This document shows, piece by piece, positions 27,139 to 38,570 of a stretch of 64,000 nucleotides of DNA. This DNA is from Rhodospirillales bacterium. Its GTDB lineage: Bacteria; Pseudomonadota; Alphaproteobacteria; Rhodospirillales; SHVU01. Position numbers and translations under genes: made by a program. The stretch's first letter is position 1; each line of letters begins with the position of its first letter. Location of the stretch: NCBI GenBank assembly GCA_009691105.1, contig SHVU01000001.1:22882-86881 (forward strand). The letters are read 5' to 3'. Below the pieces are notes generated by a model. It made no database searches. It was given only the letters and a program-made list of their open reading frames with translations, and was not told the origin of the DNA.

Positions 27139-27528
27139 TTAGAGCCCGTCCTCGCGAAGGGCGCCACGGAGGTGAACCGGACGTCGCCAGGGGGCCACCA
27201 GGACGACATCGAAGCGGACATCGTGACCGGCGAGCCCCGGCCGACTTTGCAGAAACGCCTGGGTCGCCCGAGCGATTCGCTGGCGCTGATGCGGGCCGAG
27301 GGCATAGGGCGCGTCGTCGGCTCGACCGCGAGCTTTGACCTCGACGATAAGAAGAAGCCGTCCCCGTTTCGCGATGATGTAGATCTCGCCGACCGCGCAA
27401 GCGAAGCGCCGCGCCAGGATGCGAAACCCTTTGCAGCGGAGATAGACGGCGGCGACGGTTTCGGCGAAACGTCAGAATCCCTGGGCACGGCGTTTGGCGT
27501 CGAGGCCGGATCTGGCCTCCGCGCTCAT
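27139..27528 (-). pseudogene. yraN: YraN-family (UPF0102) endonuclease gene with an in-frame TGA at codon 19
   Basis: Minus-strand translation: MSAEARSGLDAKRRAQGF-TGA-RFAETVAAVYLRCKGFRILARRFACAVGEIYIIAKRGRLLLIVEVKARG...VRFDVVLV... The TGA is at 27472-27474. ATG 27528 overlaps the rsmI stop (ATGA). No ATG/GTG/TTG lies downstream until near the 3' end. Confidence 0.65.
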
Positions 27529-28484
27529 TCAGGGTCGGTGGGTTTGGCTGTATCGGTCGGTTTGCCGAGGGCGAGGGCTCGGGCATAGACGACGCGACGC
27601 GGCGTTTGGGTCGCGGCGGCGACCAGGGCCACGGCGTCCTTGAGCGAACCCTGGGTCATGGCGTTACGCAGCGCCGCGTCGAGGTCGGCCTCGGCGGTCG
27701 GGGCGGCCTCGCCGGGTGGGGCGATGACAATGGCGATCTCACCCTTCGGCGCGCCGGCCTCGGCGTAGTGGCGGGCCAGTTCGTCGAGGGATCCGCTGCG
27801 GACTTCTTCGAACATTTTGGTGAGCTCGCGGGTCACCGCGGCCGGTCGCGGCCCAAGACCGGCGGCGAGATCGGCGAGTGTCGCGGCCAAGCGCTTCGCC
27901 GATTCCATCAGAACCAGGCTCGCCCGAACCTCGGCAATTTCGGCGATGGCGCGTTGCCGGGCCAACAAGTGCGGCGGCAAAAATCCCGCAAACAGAAAAC
28001 GGTCTGTCGGCAGGCCAGACACGACCAGAGCCGTCAGGACCGCTGAAGGGCCCGGGACAGCCGTGACCGAAATCCCAGCCGCGATCACGTCGCGGACCAG
28101 CTTGTAGCCGGGATCGGAGACCAGTGGCGTTCCGGCGTCGGAGACCAACGCCACGCTTTCGCCACCTTTCAAGCGCTCGATCAGGCGTGGGCGGACGGTC
28201 TCGGCGTTGTGATCGTGATAGGTCGTCAGTCGCGCCCGAAGGCCGTGAATCGCCAAAAGTTTCATAGTCATGCGGGTGTCTTCGCAAGCGACGAGATTGG
28301 CGCGGGCGAGAACGTCGAGGGCGCGCAACGTGATGTCGGAAGCGTTGCCGATGGGCGTTGCGACAATATAAAGCCCGGGCGGAAGTGGCCCGGTGCCGGA
28401 TTTACCGGGACGCGGCCGCGATGTAGGCTCGGCGGCCCGCGTAGAGGGCGAAGGATCGTCGCGAGATGAACTGGATCGGGCCAC
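27525..28484 (-). CDS. rsmI: 16S rRNA (cytidine1402-2'-O)-methyltransferase
   Basis: GLYIVATPIGNASDITLRAL, CEDTR, SDAGTPLVSDPG. The start is uncertain: GTG 28484 is the nearest in-frame initiator upstream of the conserved N-terminus, and it overlaps the divergent lpoA-like start by 19 nt. Confidence 0.85.
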   Translation of the reverse strand: MARSSSSRDDPSPSTRAAEPTSRPRPGKSGTGPLPPGLYIVATPIGNASDITLRALDVLARANLVACEDTRMTMKLLAIHGLRARLTTYHDHNAETVRPRLIERLKGGESVALVSDAGTPLVSDPGYKLVRDVIAAGISVTAVPGPSAVLTALVVSGLPTDRFLFAGFLPPHLLARQRAIAEIAEVRASLVLMESAKRLAATLADLAAGLGPRPAAVTRELTKMFEEVRSGSLDELARHYAEAGAPKGEIAIVIAPPGEAAPTAEADLDAALRNAMTQGSLKDAVALVAAATQTPRRVVYARALALGKPTDTAKPTDPE

Positions 28485-29920
28485 GACGGTTCGCTTGGCT
28501 CCTGGTGGCCCTAGCGTTGGCCGCCTGCGATAGTTCCCAAACCGGTGGGTTGTTGCAAGCCATCGGCCGGCCGCAGCCCGCGGCCCCGCCGCCGGCTCAG
28601 TCGCGCCCGGCGGATGGAACGACCGCAACGGCTCCTACCGAATCGGGATCGCGGACTCCCACCGTTCAACAGTCGACACTGCCGCCGCCGACGGCGCAAG
28701 GCCCGTCGCTGGGCCCGCTTCTTGAAGGCCGTCCCGGCCTGACTCCGCCTGGTCCTGGTGATCCACCAGGCCCTCCGGGCCGCGATCCCTCGACACCGCG
28801 CGTCGCGCTGCTGCTGCCGTTATCGGGTGGCGCCGCCGAAGTCGGAAACGACATGCTCAACGCGGCGCAGCTCGCGCTCTTTGATTTCGCGCCCTCGGAA
28901 TTCGAACTTTTGATTCACGACGATCGCGGCACGCCCGACGGCGCCGCCGAAGCCGTGCGTCTTGCCATCGTCGACGGCGCGCAGCTCATCGTCGGTCCGT
29001 TGCTCGCCGCCTCGGCTCGCGCGGTTGCTCCAGCGGCGCGCGCTGCCGGTGTGAACGTCGTCGCGTTTTCGACAGACCGTTCGATTGTCGGCGACGGCGT
29101 CTATACGCTCGGATTTTTGCCGGCGGCCGAAGTCGAAAGCGTCATTGCGCACGCGCGGTCGCGGGGCATTAGTCGCATTGCCGTCCTTGCGCCCGACGAT
29201 GCCTACGGCGCCGCCGTTGTCGAAGCGGCACGCCGCGTCGTTCCGGGAGCCGGTCTCGCCAAGATCCAACTCTACGATCCGGCGACCAGCGATTTCTCCG
29301 AGCCGATCAAGCAGCTCTCGAATTTCCAACAGCGTCGCGGCCAATTGATGCAACAGAAGGCCGAGCTCGCGACCCGCACCGATGAAATCGCCAAGCAAGC
29401 TTTGGCGCGTCTCGAAAAACTGCAAGCCATCGGCGATCTGCCGTTCGACGCGCTGTTGATTGCCGACGGCGGCAAGCGGCTGCAATCGATCGCGGCTCTG
29501 CTGCCGTTCTACGATGTCGATCCGTCGAAGATTCGGATTCTCGGCACGGGCCAGTGGGATGAGCCCGGCACCGGCGCCGAGCCGGCCTTGGTCGGCGGCT
29601 GGTACGCCGCGCCCTCGCCGGACACCCGCGCCGAGTTCGAAGTGCAGTTCAAGCAGGCCTTCGGCACGACGCCGCGCCGGCTGGCGACGCTTGCCTACGA
29701 TGCCGTGGCGCTGGCCGCAGTTCTCGCCCAAGCCGAAGGCGGGGCGCATTTCGATGCGGCGGCTTTGACGCAAGCGAGTGGGTTCACGGGACGCGACGGA
29801 CTGTTCCGGCTGTTGCCCTCGGGGCTTGCCGAACGCCGTCTGGCGATTCTGGAAGTTGAGCCCAAGGGCGCCAAAATCATCGCCAAGCCCCGCGAAACCT
29901 TCGAAGCGGCGGTTCGCTAA
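28466..29920 (+). CDS. LpoA-like penicillin-binding protein activator (periplasmic-binding-protein fold lipoprotein)
   Basis: Lipoprotein signal MNWIGPRRFAWLLVALALAAC, a Pro-rich linker, then a type-I periplasmic binding domain (VALLLPLSG...AVRLAIVDGAQLIVGPL). Divergent from rsmI, as in E. coli. Confidence 0.7.
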   Translation: MNWIGPRRFAWLLVALALAACDSSQTGGLLQAIGRPQPAAPPPAQSRPADGTTATAPTESGSRTPTVQQSTLPPPTAQGPSLGPLLEGRPGLTPPGPGDPPGPPGRDPSTPRVALLLPLSGGAAEVGNDMLNAAQLALFDFAPSEFELLIHDDRGTPDGAAEAVRLAIVDGAQLIVGPLLAASARAVAPAARAAGVNVVAFSTDRSIVGDGVYTLGFLPAAEVESVIAHARSRGISRIAVLAPDDAYGAAVVEAARRVVPGAGLAKIQLYDPATSDFSEPIKQLSNFQQRRGQLMQQKAELATRTDEIAKQALARLEKLQAIGDLPFDALLIADGGKRLQSIAALLPFYDVDPSKIRILGTGQWDEPGTGAEPALVGGWYAAPSPDTRAEFEVQFKQAFGTTPRRLATLAYDAVALAAVLAQAEGGAHFDAAALTQASGFTGRDGLFRLLPSGLAERRLAILEVEPKGAKIIAKPRETFEAAVR

Positions 29921-29925
29921 AAGGC

Positions 29926-31077
29926 TTACGTCAGCAGCGCCTTCGTCACGGCGTTCAAGCGCAGCCGACCGGCCGGCGTCGTTCGCAGTCCGACATCGTC
30001 GGCGATCAGAAAACCCAAATCGACAAGACGTTCGATCGCGCCCGCTTGGACGACATCCTCGATGGTGACGCCGGTGAGGACGCGGAAAAGATCGCGCTCG
30101 AGACCGCGGTCCAGGCGCAATCCCATCATCACGACTTCCTCACGCCTGGCCTCGACGCTCAAGGCTTCGCGCGCCGCCGTGGCGTGACCTTTGGATTCGA
30201 CCATGGCGAGCCAGCGTGCCGGATCTGGCGTCTGTCGCGTCGCCACGGTCGTCGCATGGGAAATGCGGCCGTGAGCGCCGGGACCGATCCCGACGTAATC
30301 GCCGCCGCGCCAATAGGTAAGATTGTGCCGGCCTTCGTCGCCGGGCCGGGCGTGGTTCGAGACTTCGTAGGCCGGCAAGCCGGCGCGTTCCAAAATTTCC
30401 TGGGTGGCATCGAACAGCGCCGTGGCGCGATCGTCGTCGGCGGCCGGAACATGGGCTTTGGCGAAGGCCGTGCCGGGCTCGATGGTAAGCTGATAGACCG
30501 AGAGATGACCGGCGGCGAGCGCCAGGGCTTGTGCCAGTTCAGTTCGCCACGCCGCCGCGTCTTGTCCGGGACGGGCGTAGATCAAATCGAAGGAAAATCG
30601 CGGAAAGGTTTTCGCCGCAAGCTCGACGGCGCGCAGGGCTTCACGGACGCCGTGAAGGCGCCCCAAAAACCGCAGCGCGTCGTCGTCGAGAGATTGCACA
30701 CCCAAGGACACCCGGTTCACTCCGGCGTCGCGATAGCCGCGGAACCGTCCGGCCTCCACCGACGACGGATTCGCTTCCAAGGTGATCTCGACATCATCCG
30801 CGACCGTCCAATGGCGGCGAACGGCGTCGATCAGCGCGGCGATGGTCGCGGGCTCGGCCAGCGACGGGGTCCCGCCGCCGAAAAAAATGCTGGTCGCGGT
30901 GCGGCCTTGGGTTTCGGCGGCGTAGTGACCGAGTTCGGTGAGGAGCGCCTGGCGCCACCGACCGTGATCGATTCCCTCCGCAACGTGACTGTTGAAGTCG
31001 CAGTAGGGACACTTGGCCAGGCAGAACGGCCAATGAATATAGATGCCGAAGCCGGGGTGGGGCGGACGAGCCTCCAT
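29926..31077 (-). CDS. hemW: radical SAM heme chaperone HemW (HemN-like, YggW family)
   Basis: FGIYIHWPFCLAKCPYCDFNS (CxxxCxxC), FFGGGTPS, HemN C-terminal domain. Confidence 0.9.
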   Translation of the reverse strand: MEARPPHPGFGIYIHWPFCLAKCPYCDFNSHVAEGIDHGRWRQALLTELGHYAAETQGRTATSIFFGGGTPSLAEPATIAALIDAVRRHWTVADDVEITLEANPSSVEAGRFRGYRDAGVNRVSLGVQSLDDDALRFLGRLHGVREALRAVELAAKTFPRFSFDLIYARPGQDAAAWRTELAQALALAAGHLSVYQLTIEPGTAFAKAHVPAADDDRATALFDATQEILERAGLPAYEVSNHARPGDEGRHNLTYWRGGDYVGIGPGAHGRISHATTVATRQTPDPARWLAMVESKGHATAAREALSVEARREEVVMMGLRLDRGLERDLFRVLTGVTIEDVVQAGAIERLVDLGFLIADDVGLRTTPAGRLRLNAVTKALLT

Positions 31078-31086
31078 GCCGTAAGT

Positions 31087-31698
31087 CTACGCCGCGAAGT
31101 ACGCCGCGACGAGTTTGCGGAAGGCGTCGGCCCGATGGCTGATGGCGTGCTTGGCGTCGGGGTCCATCTCGGCGAAGGTTTCGCGGGCGCCCTCGGCGAC
31201 GAACATCGGGTCGTAGCCGAAGCCTTTGTCGCCGCGCGGCGGCCAGACGATCGTGCCGTCGACGGTGCCCTCGAAGGTCTCGCAAAAACCATCGGGCCAG
31301 GCGAGCGACAGCGCGCAGACGAATTGGGCGCGCCGGTCTTTGGCCGCGCCAAGCTCGCGCTGCACGCGTTCCATGGCGAGATTGAAGTCCTTGGCAGCCC
31401 CACCCCAACGTGCCGAATAAATCCCGGGCGCTCCCTTCAAGGCGCGCACCGCGAGACCCGAATCGTCGGCGAGAGCTGGAAGCTTCGCCGCCGTCGCCGC
31501 GGCTACGGCTTTCAGCTCGGCGTTGGCGCGAAAGGTCGTTCCGGTTTCTTCGGGTTCGGGCAGGCCAAGCGCTGCGGCGGACACGACCGCGACGCCGAAG
31601 GGCGCCAGCAGGGTTTCGATTTCGCGGACTTTTCCGGAATTGTGGCTGGCGATGACAAGGCGGTCCGGCTTCGGCCGCCGGCCGGGTTTTGGCGTCAA
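31087..31698 (-). CDS. rdgB: dITP/XTP pyrophosphatase (RdgB/HAM1)
   Basis: [39 protein letters not shown]. Confidence 0.9.
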   Translation of the reverse strand: MTPKPGRRPKPDRLVIASHNSGKVREIETLLAPFGVAVVSAAALGLPEPEETGTTFRANAELKAVAAATAAKLPALADDSGLAVRALKGAPGIYSARWGGAAKDFNLAMERVQRELGAAKDRRAQFVCALSLAWPDGFCETFEGTVDGTIVWPPRGDKGFGYDPMFVAEGARETFAEMDPDAKHAISHRADAFRKLVAAYFAA

Positions 31699-32411
31699 AG
31701 TCCCAAGGCCTTTTTCTGGGCCTGGAACAGTTCAGCGACGCCGCTTCGCGCCAGATTCAGCATGGCGACCAATTGGGCCTCGCTGAACGGCTTGCCCTCG
31801 GCGGTGCCTTGCACCTCGACGATGCCGCCGGTGCCCGTGATGACGAAATTGGCGTCGGTTTCGGCGTCCGAATCCTCGGCGTAGTCGAGATCGAGAACCG
31901 GCTCGCCTTTGCAAATGCCACAGGAAATGCCGGCGACTTGGTCGAGAAGCGGGATCTTGGCGAGAATCCCAAGGCCGACGACGCGGCCAAGGGCTCGGTA
32001 GAGCGCCACATAGCTGCCGGTGATCGCCGCCGTCCGCGTCCCGCCATCGGCCTGGATGACGTCGCAATCGAGCGTGATCTGCATTTCGCCGAGCGCCTTC
32101 AGGTCGGTAATGGCCCGCAGGCTACGGCCGATCAGGCGCTGAATTTCCTGGGTGCGGCCCGACGGGCGGCCCCGCGTCGCCTCGCGATCGGTGCGAGTAT
32201 TGGTTGAGCGCGGCAGCATGCCGTACTCGGCCGTGACCCAGCCGCGCCCCGAATCGCGCAGCCAGCCGGGCACGCGTTGCTCGACGGAGGCGGTGCAAAG
32301 AACGTGGGTATCCCCGAAACGTGCCAGGCACGAGCCTTCGGCGTGCTTGCTGACATCGGCTTCAAGGACGATGGTGCGGAGTTGGTCGGGTCGGCGGCGG
32401 GATGGGCGCAT
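31695..32411 (-). CDS. rph: ribonuclease PH
   Basis: 238 aa. [55 protein letters not shown]. Confidence 0.95.
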   Translation of the reverse strand: MRPSRRRPDQLRTIVLEADVSKHAEGSCLARFGDTHVLCTASVEQRVPGWLRDSGRGWVTAEYGMLPRSTNTRTDREATRGRPSGRTQEIQRLIGRSLRAITDLKALGEMQITLDCDVIQADGGTRTAAITGSYVALYRALGRVVGLGILAKIPLLDQVAGISCGICKGEPVLDLDYAEDSDAETDANFVITGTGGIVEVQGTAEGKPFSEAQLVAMLNLARSGVAELFQAQKKALGL

Positions 32412-32464
32412 GGCCGGAAGCTAACCCGCGGCTAGGCGCCGGTCCACCGTTCCCGGGGGTTGCG

Positions 32465-32493
32465 TTGACGTTCCCCAGGGTCGTTACTAGATT
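32465..32493 (+). promoter_or_regulatory. candidate sigma-70-type promoter of hrcA-grpE
   Basis: TTGACG (32465-32470), 17-nt spacer, TAGATT (32488-32493), about 25 nt upstream of the hrcA ATG. Confidence 0.35.
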
Positions 32494-32517
32494 TCAACCG
32501 ATGTCGATGACGCCGCC

Positions 32518-33558
32518 ATGAACACAATTCGCGAACTCAACGACCGGTCGCGGGAAATTTTCCGGCTGATCGTCGACGCCTTTATGGAGTCGGGCGAGCC
32601 GATCGGCTCGCGGACCCTTGCCCGCCGCCTCGACCTGGGGCTGTCGCCGGCGACTATCCGCAACGTCATGTCCGATCTTGAGGAGGCCGGGCTGCTCTTC
32701 GCGCCCCATACCTCGGCCGGGCGGCTGCCGACCGAAGCTGGGCTGCGCCTGTTCGTCGACGGCCTGGTCGAGATCGGCAATGTCACCGAGAACGAGCGTC
32801 AGGAGCTCGAATCTCATTGCGTCGCGTCCGGCAAGACCCTCGACGAATTGCTCGACCGGGCGACGACGACGCTGTCGGGCCTCTCGCATCTGACCGGCGT
32901 CGTCTATGCGCCGAAGGTCGAATCGCCGCTGCGCCACATCGAATTCGTCTACCTGAGCCCGGGCCGGGCCCTGGTCGTCATCGTCACCGAGAACGGCGCC
33001 GTCGAGAACCGCGTCCTGGAATTGCCGCGCGATCTTCCGGCCTCGACCCTGGTCGAAGCCAGCAACTACTTAAGCGCGCGCCTGGTCGGCCGGACGCTCG
33101 CCCAAGCCCTCGACGACATCCGCATCGAGCTCAAGGAGCACCGCGCCCAGCTCGACACTTTGGCCGAGCGCGTCATCGAAGCCGGCCTCGCGACCTGGAC
33201 CGAAGGCGATTCGAAAGGCTCGCTCATCGTCCGCGGCCAGGCCAATCTTCTCGACAACGTTGCCGCCGTGACCGATCTCGAACGCATCCGCTCGCTGTTT
33301 TCTGCGCTCGAGACCAAAGAAACGATGCTGAAAATGTTGACGCTTACCGATACGGCAAAAGGCGTCCGGATCTTCATCGGTTCCGACAACGATCTTTTCC
33401 GCGTCGCCGGCTGCGCCATGATCGTGGCGCCGTTTCGCAACGCCCGTGAACACATCCTGGGCGCCATCGGCGTGGTCGGTCCCACGCGGATGAACTATGC
33501 CCGGATCATTCCGATGGTCGACTATACCGCCAAGATGGTCGGCCGAATTTTAGGCTAA
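32518..33558 (+). CDS. hrcA: heat-inducible transcription repressor HrcA
   Basis: 346 aa. LNDRSREIFRLIVDAFMESGEPIGSRTLA, full-length HrcA. Confidence 0.93.
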   Translation: MNTIRELNDRSREIFRLIVDAFMESGEPIGSRTLARRLDLGLSPATIRNVMSDLEEAGLLFAPHTSAGRLPTEAGLRLFVDGLVEIGNVTENERQELESHCVASGKTLDELLDRATTTLSGLSHLTGVVYAPKVESPLRHIEFVYLSPGRALVVIVTENGAVENRVLELPRDLPASTLVEASNYLSARLVGRTLAQALDDIRIELKEHRAQLDTLAERVIEAGLATWTEGDSKGSLIVRGQANLLDNVAAVTDLERIRSLFSALETKETMLKMLTLTDTAKGVRIFIGSDNDLFRVAGCAMIVAPFRNAREHILGAIGVVGPTRMNYARIIPMVDYTAKMVGRILG

Positions 33559-33571
33559 AGGATACAAGGCT

Positions 33572-34237
33572 ATGACGACCCAGAACGAGCCCGAACCGCA
33601 GGACGCGCCCGAGACCGCGTCACCGGAATCGACGCTGCCCGCCGATGCGGCAACGCCCGATCGCGCCGCTGCGCTCGAAGCCGAACTCGCGGCGACGAAA
33701 GACAAATGGCTGCGCGCCATGGCCGAGGCCGAGAACATTCGCAAGCGCGCCGAGCGCGACCGCGACGATGCCCGACGTTATGCCGTCGGCAACTTCGCCA
33801 GCGATATGCTGACGGTGGCCGACAATCTGCGTCGCGCCGTCGCCGCTGTCGCGCCCGCTGCGCGCGCCGCCGATCCGGCTCTGGAGACTTTGGTCACCGG
33901 CGTCGAGATGACCGAGAAAGCGATGGTCACCGGACTTGAGCGAGTGGGCATCCGCGCCATCGACGCCATCGGCCAGAAGTACGACGCCAATCGCCACGAA
34001 GCGCTATACGAGGTCGAGGATGCGACGAAACCGTCCGGCACCGTCGTTCAGGAAGTCGAAAAGGGCTACATGATTCACGATCGGCTGTTGCGGCCGTCGC
34101 GGGTCGGAATTTCCAAAGGCGGCGCGGCCGCGTCGGCGGTGCCAACGCCCGGCGCGCCCACCGAGCCGGTCAAAGAAGCCAAAGCTTACGAAAAGCCGAC
34201 CGACGCCAGCGGCACGAAGTTCGACGAGAAGCTTTAG
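33572..34237 (+). CDS. grpE: nucleotide exchange factor GrpE
   Basis: DKWLRAMAEAENIRKRAERD, ...HEALYEV..., KGYMIHDRLLRPSRVGISKG. Confidence 0.93.
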   Translation: MTTQNEPEPQDAPETASPESTLPADAATPDRAAALEAELAATKDKWLRAMAEAENIRKRAERDRDDARRYAVGNFASDMLTVADNLRRAVAAVAPAARAADPALETLVTGVEMTEKAMVTGLERVGIRAIDAIGQKYDANRHEALYEVEDATKPSGTVVQEVEKGYMIHDRLLRPSRVGISKGGAAASAVPTPGAPTEPVKEAKAYEKPTDASGTKFDEKL

Positions 34238-34240
34238 ACG

Positions 34241-35155
34241 TTACGGCGCGCCGATCCGCCTCTCCGATTTTGGCGAGGACGGCGGAATCAGAAATTCACC
34301 GTTTGGGTCGTGGGCTGCGAGCCGGCGTTTCGCCGTGTCGTGGTTTGCGACTGCGTAGCAATAGACGCAGCCGTGCGCGCAACTGTCGTAGGCGCCGATG
34401 TCGCGCGACTGGACGCAGGCGCATCCGTCGCGATGCGGTTTGGCGGCGGCGGTGATCAATCGTCCAGCGACGTCGCTCAAACGTCCGGCGTCGATGCAGC
34501 GGGCGTCACCGACTCCGGGACGCAAGTACGGTCTCTGACCACACAGACTGAAAGCCATGCCGTGTTCGGCGGCGATCGCCGCGAAGCGGTCGAGGATCGT
34601 CGCTTTCTCGGTGTCGTCGGGATCTTGGCGGACGAAGCCATGCCGCGCCGCCGCCTCGGCGAGATTGCGGCGAGTCTTCCGGTAATCGTGCACGAAGGAC
34701 ACCACGACTTCGTCGACGGCACCGGCTAAGGCCTTCGCCAGGCCTGCAAAATTTTGGATATGCCAGTCGACGGGCGTCGCGGTGGTGACGACGATCGGGT
34801 CATAGCGCCACACCGCTGTCCGCCGGCCGAACCGCGCGGCAAGCGTGAGAACTTGAGAGATAGTCGCGGGCGAATCGATGGTGGCCCGATCCAAGGCCCG
34901 CGGGTAGCCGGTGATGGTGAACTGGACCATGAACGGGATGCCTAGGCCCCGGACCTGGTCCAAGCGGGGCAAAAAGGGCCCGACGTTTCGCGTCCAAAAG
35001 ACGAATCCGTCGACCGCCTCGGGGCTCAAAGCCACCTCGGATGGGGGACCGCCATACGGATTGGCGACCCGGACCCGGCCGGCCGCAAGCCTCCGGCCGA
35101 ACCAGTCGCCATAAAACGCCGGAATATCCGTTCGATAGCTGGCCGAGATGATCAT
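34241..35155 (-). CDS. DUF1848-family protein with a C-terminal CxxxCxxC cysteine cluster
   Basis: 304 aa: MIISASYRTDIPAFYGDWF..., C-terminal ...CACVQSRDIGAYDSCAHGCVYCYA. The CAHGCVYC motif is at 34358-34381. Family name from recollection. Confidence 0.7.
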   Translation of the reverse strand: MIISASYRTDIPAFYGDWFGRRLAAGRVRVANPYGGPPSEVALSPEAVDGFVFWTRNVGPFLPRLDQVRGLGIPFMVQFTITGYPRALDRATIDSPATISQVLTLAARFGRRTAVWRYDPIVVTTATPVDWHIQNFAGLAKALAGAVDEVVVSFVHDYRKTRRNLAEAAARHGFVRQDPDDTEKATILDRFAAIAAEHGMAFSLCGQRPYLRPGVGDARCIDAGRLSDVAGRLITAAAKPHRDGCACVQSRDIGAYDSCAHGCVYCYAVANHDTAKRRLAAHDPNGEFLIPPSSPKSERRIGAP

Positions 35156-35198
35156 TCGACGGACCGTGTCGTTTCGGGCTTGCGCCGCGGCCCATCCG

Positions 35199-35227
35199 GT
35201 TGCACGGTCAGGACGACCGCCCTATAT
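35199..35227 (+). promoter_or_regulatory. candidate sigma-32 (RpoH) heat-shock promoter of dnaKJ
   Basis: GTTGCA (35199-35204; 4/6 to CTTGAA), 15-nt spacer, CCCTATAT (35220-35227; 7/8 to CCCCATNT), about 100 nt upstream of the dnaK ATG. Confidence 0.5.
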
Positions 35228-35330
35228 AACCGTCGGCCTTCGCATTGCGGGGTCAACAGGTTAGCCACAAGGGGGGCGGGCGGTGCCATAGCGGGCCGCT
35301 TATCGCTCTCGCAGACGTAGGAAGCGAACC

Positions 35331-37301
<1,971 letters not shown>

Positions 37302-37387
37302 CCGTCTATAGTCTGAGCCATGACGCTAGGGGCCGTCATCGCTGATCTGCGCGCACCGGCTTGGGCCGGTGAGGACGCGCGCGTGTA

Positions 37388-38530
37388 ATGGCCAAGGAAG
37401 ATTTCTATACGCTGCTCGGCGTCCAAAAAGGCGCCGGGCTCGAAGACGTTAAGAAGGCGTATCGCAAGCTCGCCATGAAGTATCACCCGGATCGAAATCC
37501 GGGCGACAAATTGGCCGAGCGTAAATTCAAAGACATCAACGAAGCCTACGACGTCCTCAAGGACGACACAAAGCGCGCCGCCTATGACCGCTTCGGCCAC
37601 GCCGCGTTCGAGCAGGGCGGGCCGGGCGGTGCGCAACATGCCGGCGGGTTCGAGGCCGGCTTCGCGTCGGGCTTTGCCAATATCTTCGACGAGATGTTCG
37701 ACGATTTCTCGCAGCGCCAGCGCGGTGGTGGCGGGACAGGTCGCGGCGCCGATCTTCGCTACAACATGGACATCACGCTCGAGGAAGCCTACGGCGGCAA
37801 AAAGGCCTCGGTGCGGGTTCCGACGACGGTGGCGTGCACGACCTGTCGCGGCTCGGGCGCGGCGCAAGGCTCGACGCCGAGCGCGTGCACGACCTGTCGC
37901 GGCGCCGGTCGCGTCCGCTCGCAATCGGGATTCTTCACGGTAGAGCGAACCTGTCCGGCCTGCGGCGGCGCCGGCCAAGTCATCCGCAACCCCTGCAAGA
38001 GTTGCAACGGCGCCGGACGCGTCCAAAAAGAAAAGACGCTATCGGTCAGCATTCCGCCGGGGGTCGAGGACGGAACCCGGATTCGCTTGGCGGGCGAAGG
38101 CGCGGCCGGCTTGCGCGCCGCGCCGCCGGGGGATTTGTATATTTTCCTCGGCATCCAGCCGCACCGGTTATTCCGGCGCGACGGTCCCAACATTCATTGC
38201 CGCGTTCCGATCCCGATGACGGTCGCCGCCGTCGGCGGCGCCATCGATGTTCCAGCAGTCGACGGGACCCGGGCCCGGATCACGATCCCGGCCGGAACCC
38301 AAAGCGGGCACCAGTTCCGCCTGCGCGGCAAAGGCATGCAGGTCTTGCGCTCGACGGCGCGGGGCGACATGTTCATCGAGGCGATGGTCGAGACGCCGGT
38401 CAATCTCACCAAGCGCCAGAAGGAACTCTTGCGGGAGTTCGAAAACGAAAGCCCGCGCGAGCGTCAAAGTCCGGAATCTCACGGCTTCTTCACGAAGGTC
38501 CGCGAGATCTGGGAAGACTTGAAAGAGTAA
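37388..38530 (+). CDS. dnaJ: molecular chaperone DnaJ
   Basis: J domain with HPDRNP, a G/F region, and four CxxCxGxG zinc motifs ([32 protein letters not shown]). Confidence 0.97.
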   Translation: MAKEDFYTLLGVQKGAGLEDVKKAYRKLAMKYHPDRNPGDKLAERKFKDINEAYDVLKDDTKRAAYDRFGHAAFEQGGPGGAQHAGGFEAGFASGFANIFDEMFDDFSQRQRGGGGTGRGADLRYNMDITLEEAYGGKKASVRVPTTVACTTCRGSGAAQGSTPSACTTCRGAGRVRSQSGFFTVERTCPACGGAGQVIRNPCKSCNGAGRVQKEKTLSVSIPPGVEDGTRIRLAGEGAAGLRAAPPGDLYIFLGIQPHRLFRRDGPNIHCRVPIPMTVAAVGGAIDVPAVDGTRARITIPAGTQSGHQFRLRGKGMQVLRSTARGDMFIEAMVETPVNLTKRQKELLREFENESPRERQSPESHGFFTKVREIWEDLKE

Positions 38531-38570
38531 ACGCACGCCGCGGGCGGGCGTCACGGGGGGAGACGACGCA

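Noticed and set aside
27472-27474. Stop-codon reassignment (TGA=Trp, or TAG/TAA read as sense) as the explanation for the in-frame stops
   Set aside because: TGA, TAG and TAA each terminate strongly conserved genes at their expected ends in this same window: TGA for aroE, coaE and lutB; TAG for maf; TAA for hemH. All three kinds also appear as lesions. No SECIS-like context was identified and no Sec-family protein is involved.
30046-31884. 612-aa plus-strand ORF spanning hemW and rdgB
   Set aside because: It is antisense to two well-supported genes (radical-SAM HemW and RdgB) and has low-complexity Arg/Gly/Ala-rich content. It is a shadow ORF. The same reasoning applies to 340-1083(-), 12811-13758(-), 13451-14587(-), 54838-56190(-) and 58528-59511(-).
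32412-35330. CIRCE operator (TTAGCACTC-N9-GAGTGCTAA) upstream of hrcA-grpE or dnaKJ
   Set aside because: I searched both intergenic regions (32412-32517 and 35156-35330) by eye and found no CIRCE-like inverted repeat. In alphaproteobacteria HrcA/CIRCE usually controls groESL, which is not in this window, while dnaKJ is RpoH-dependent. The absence is therefore expected.
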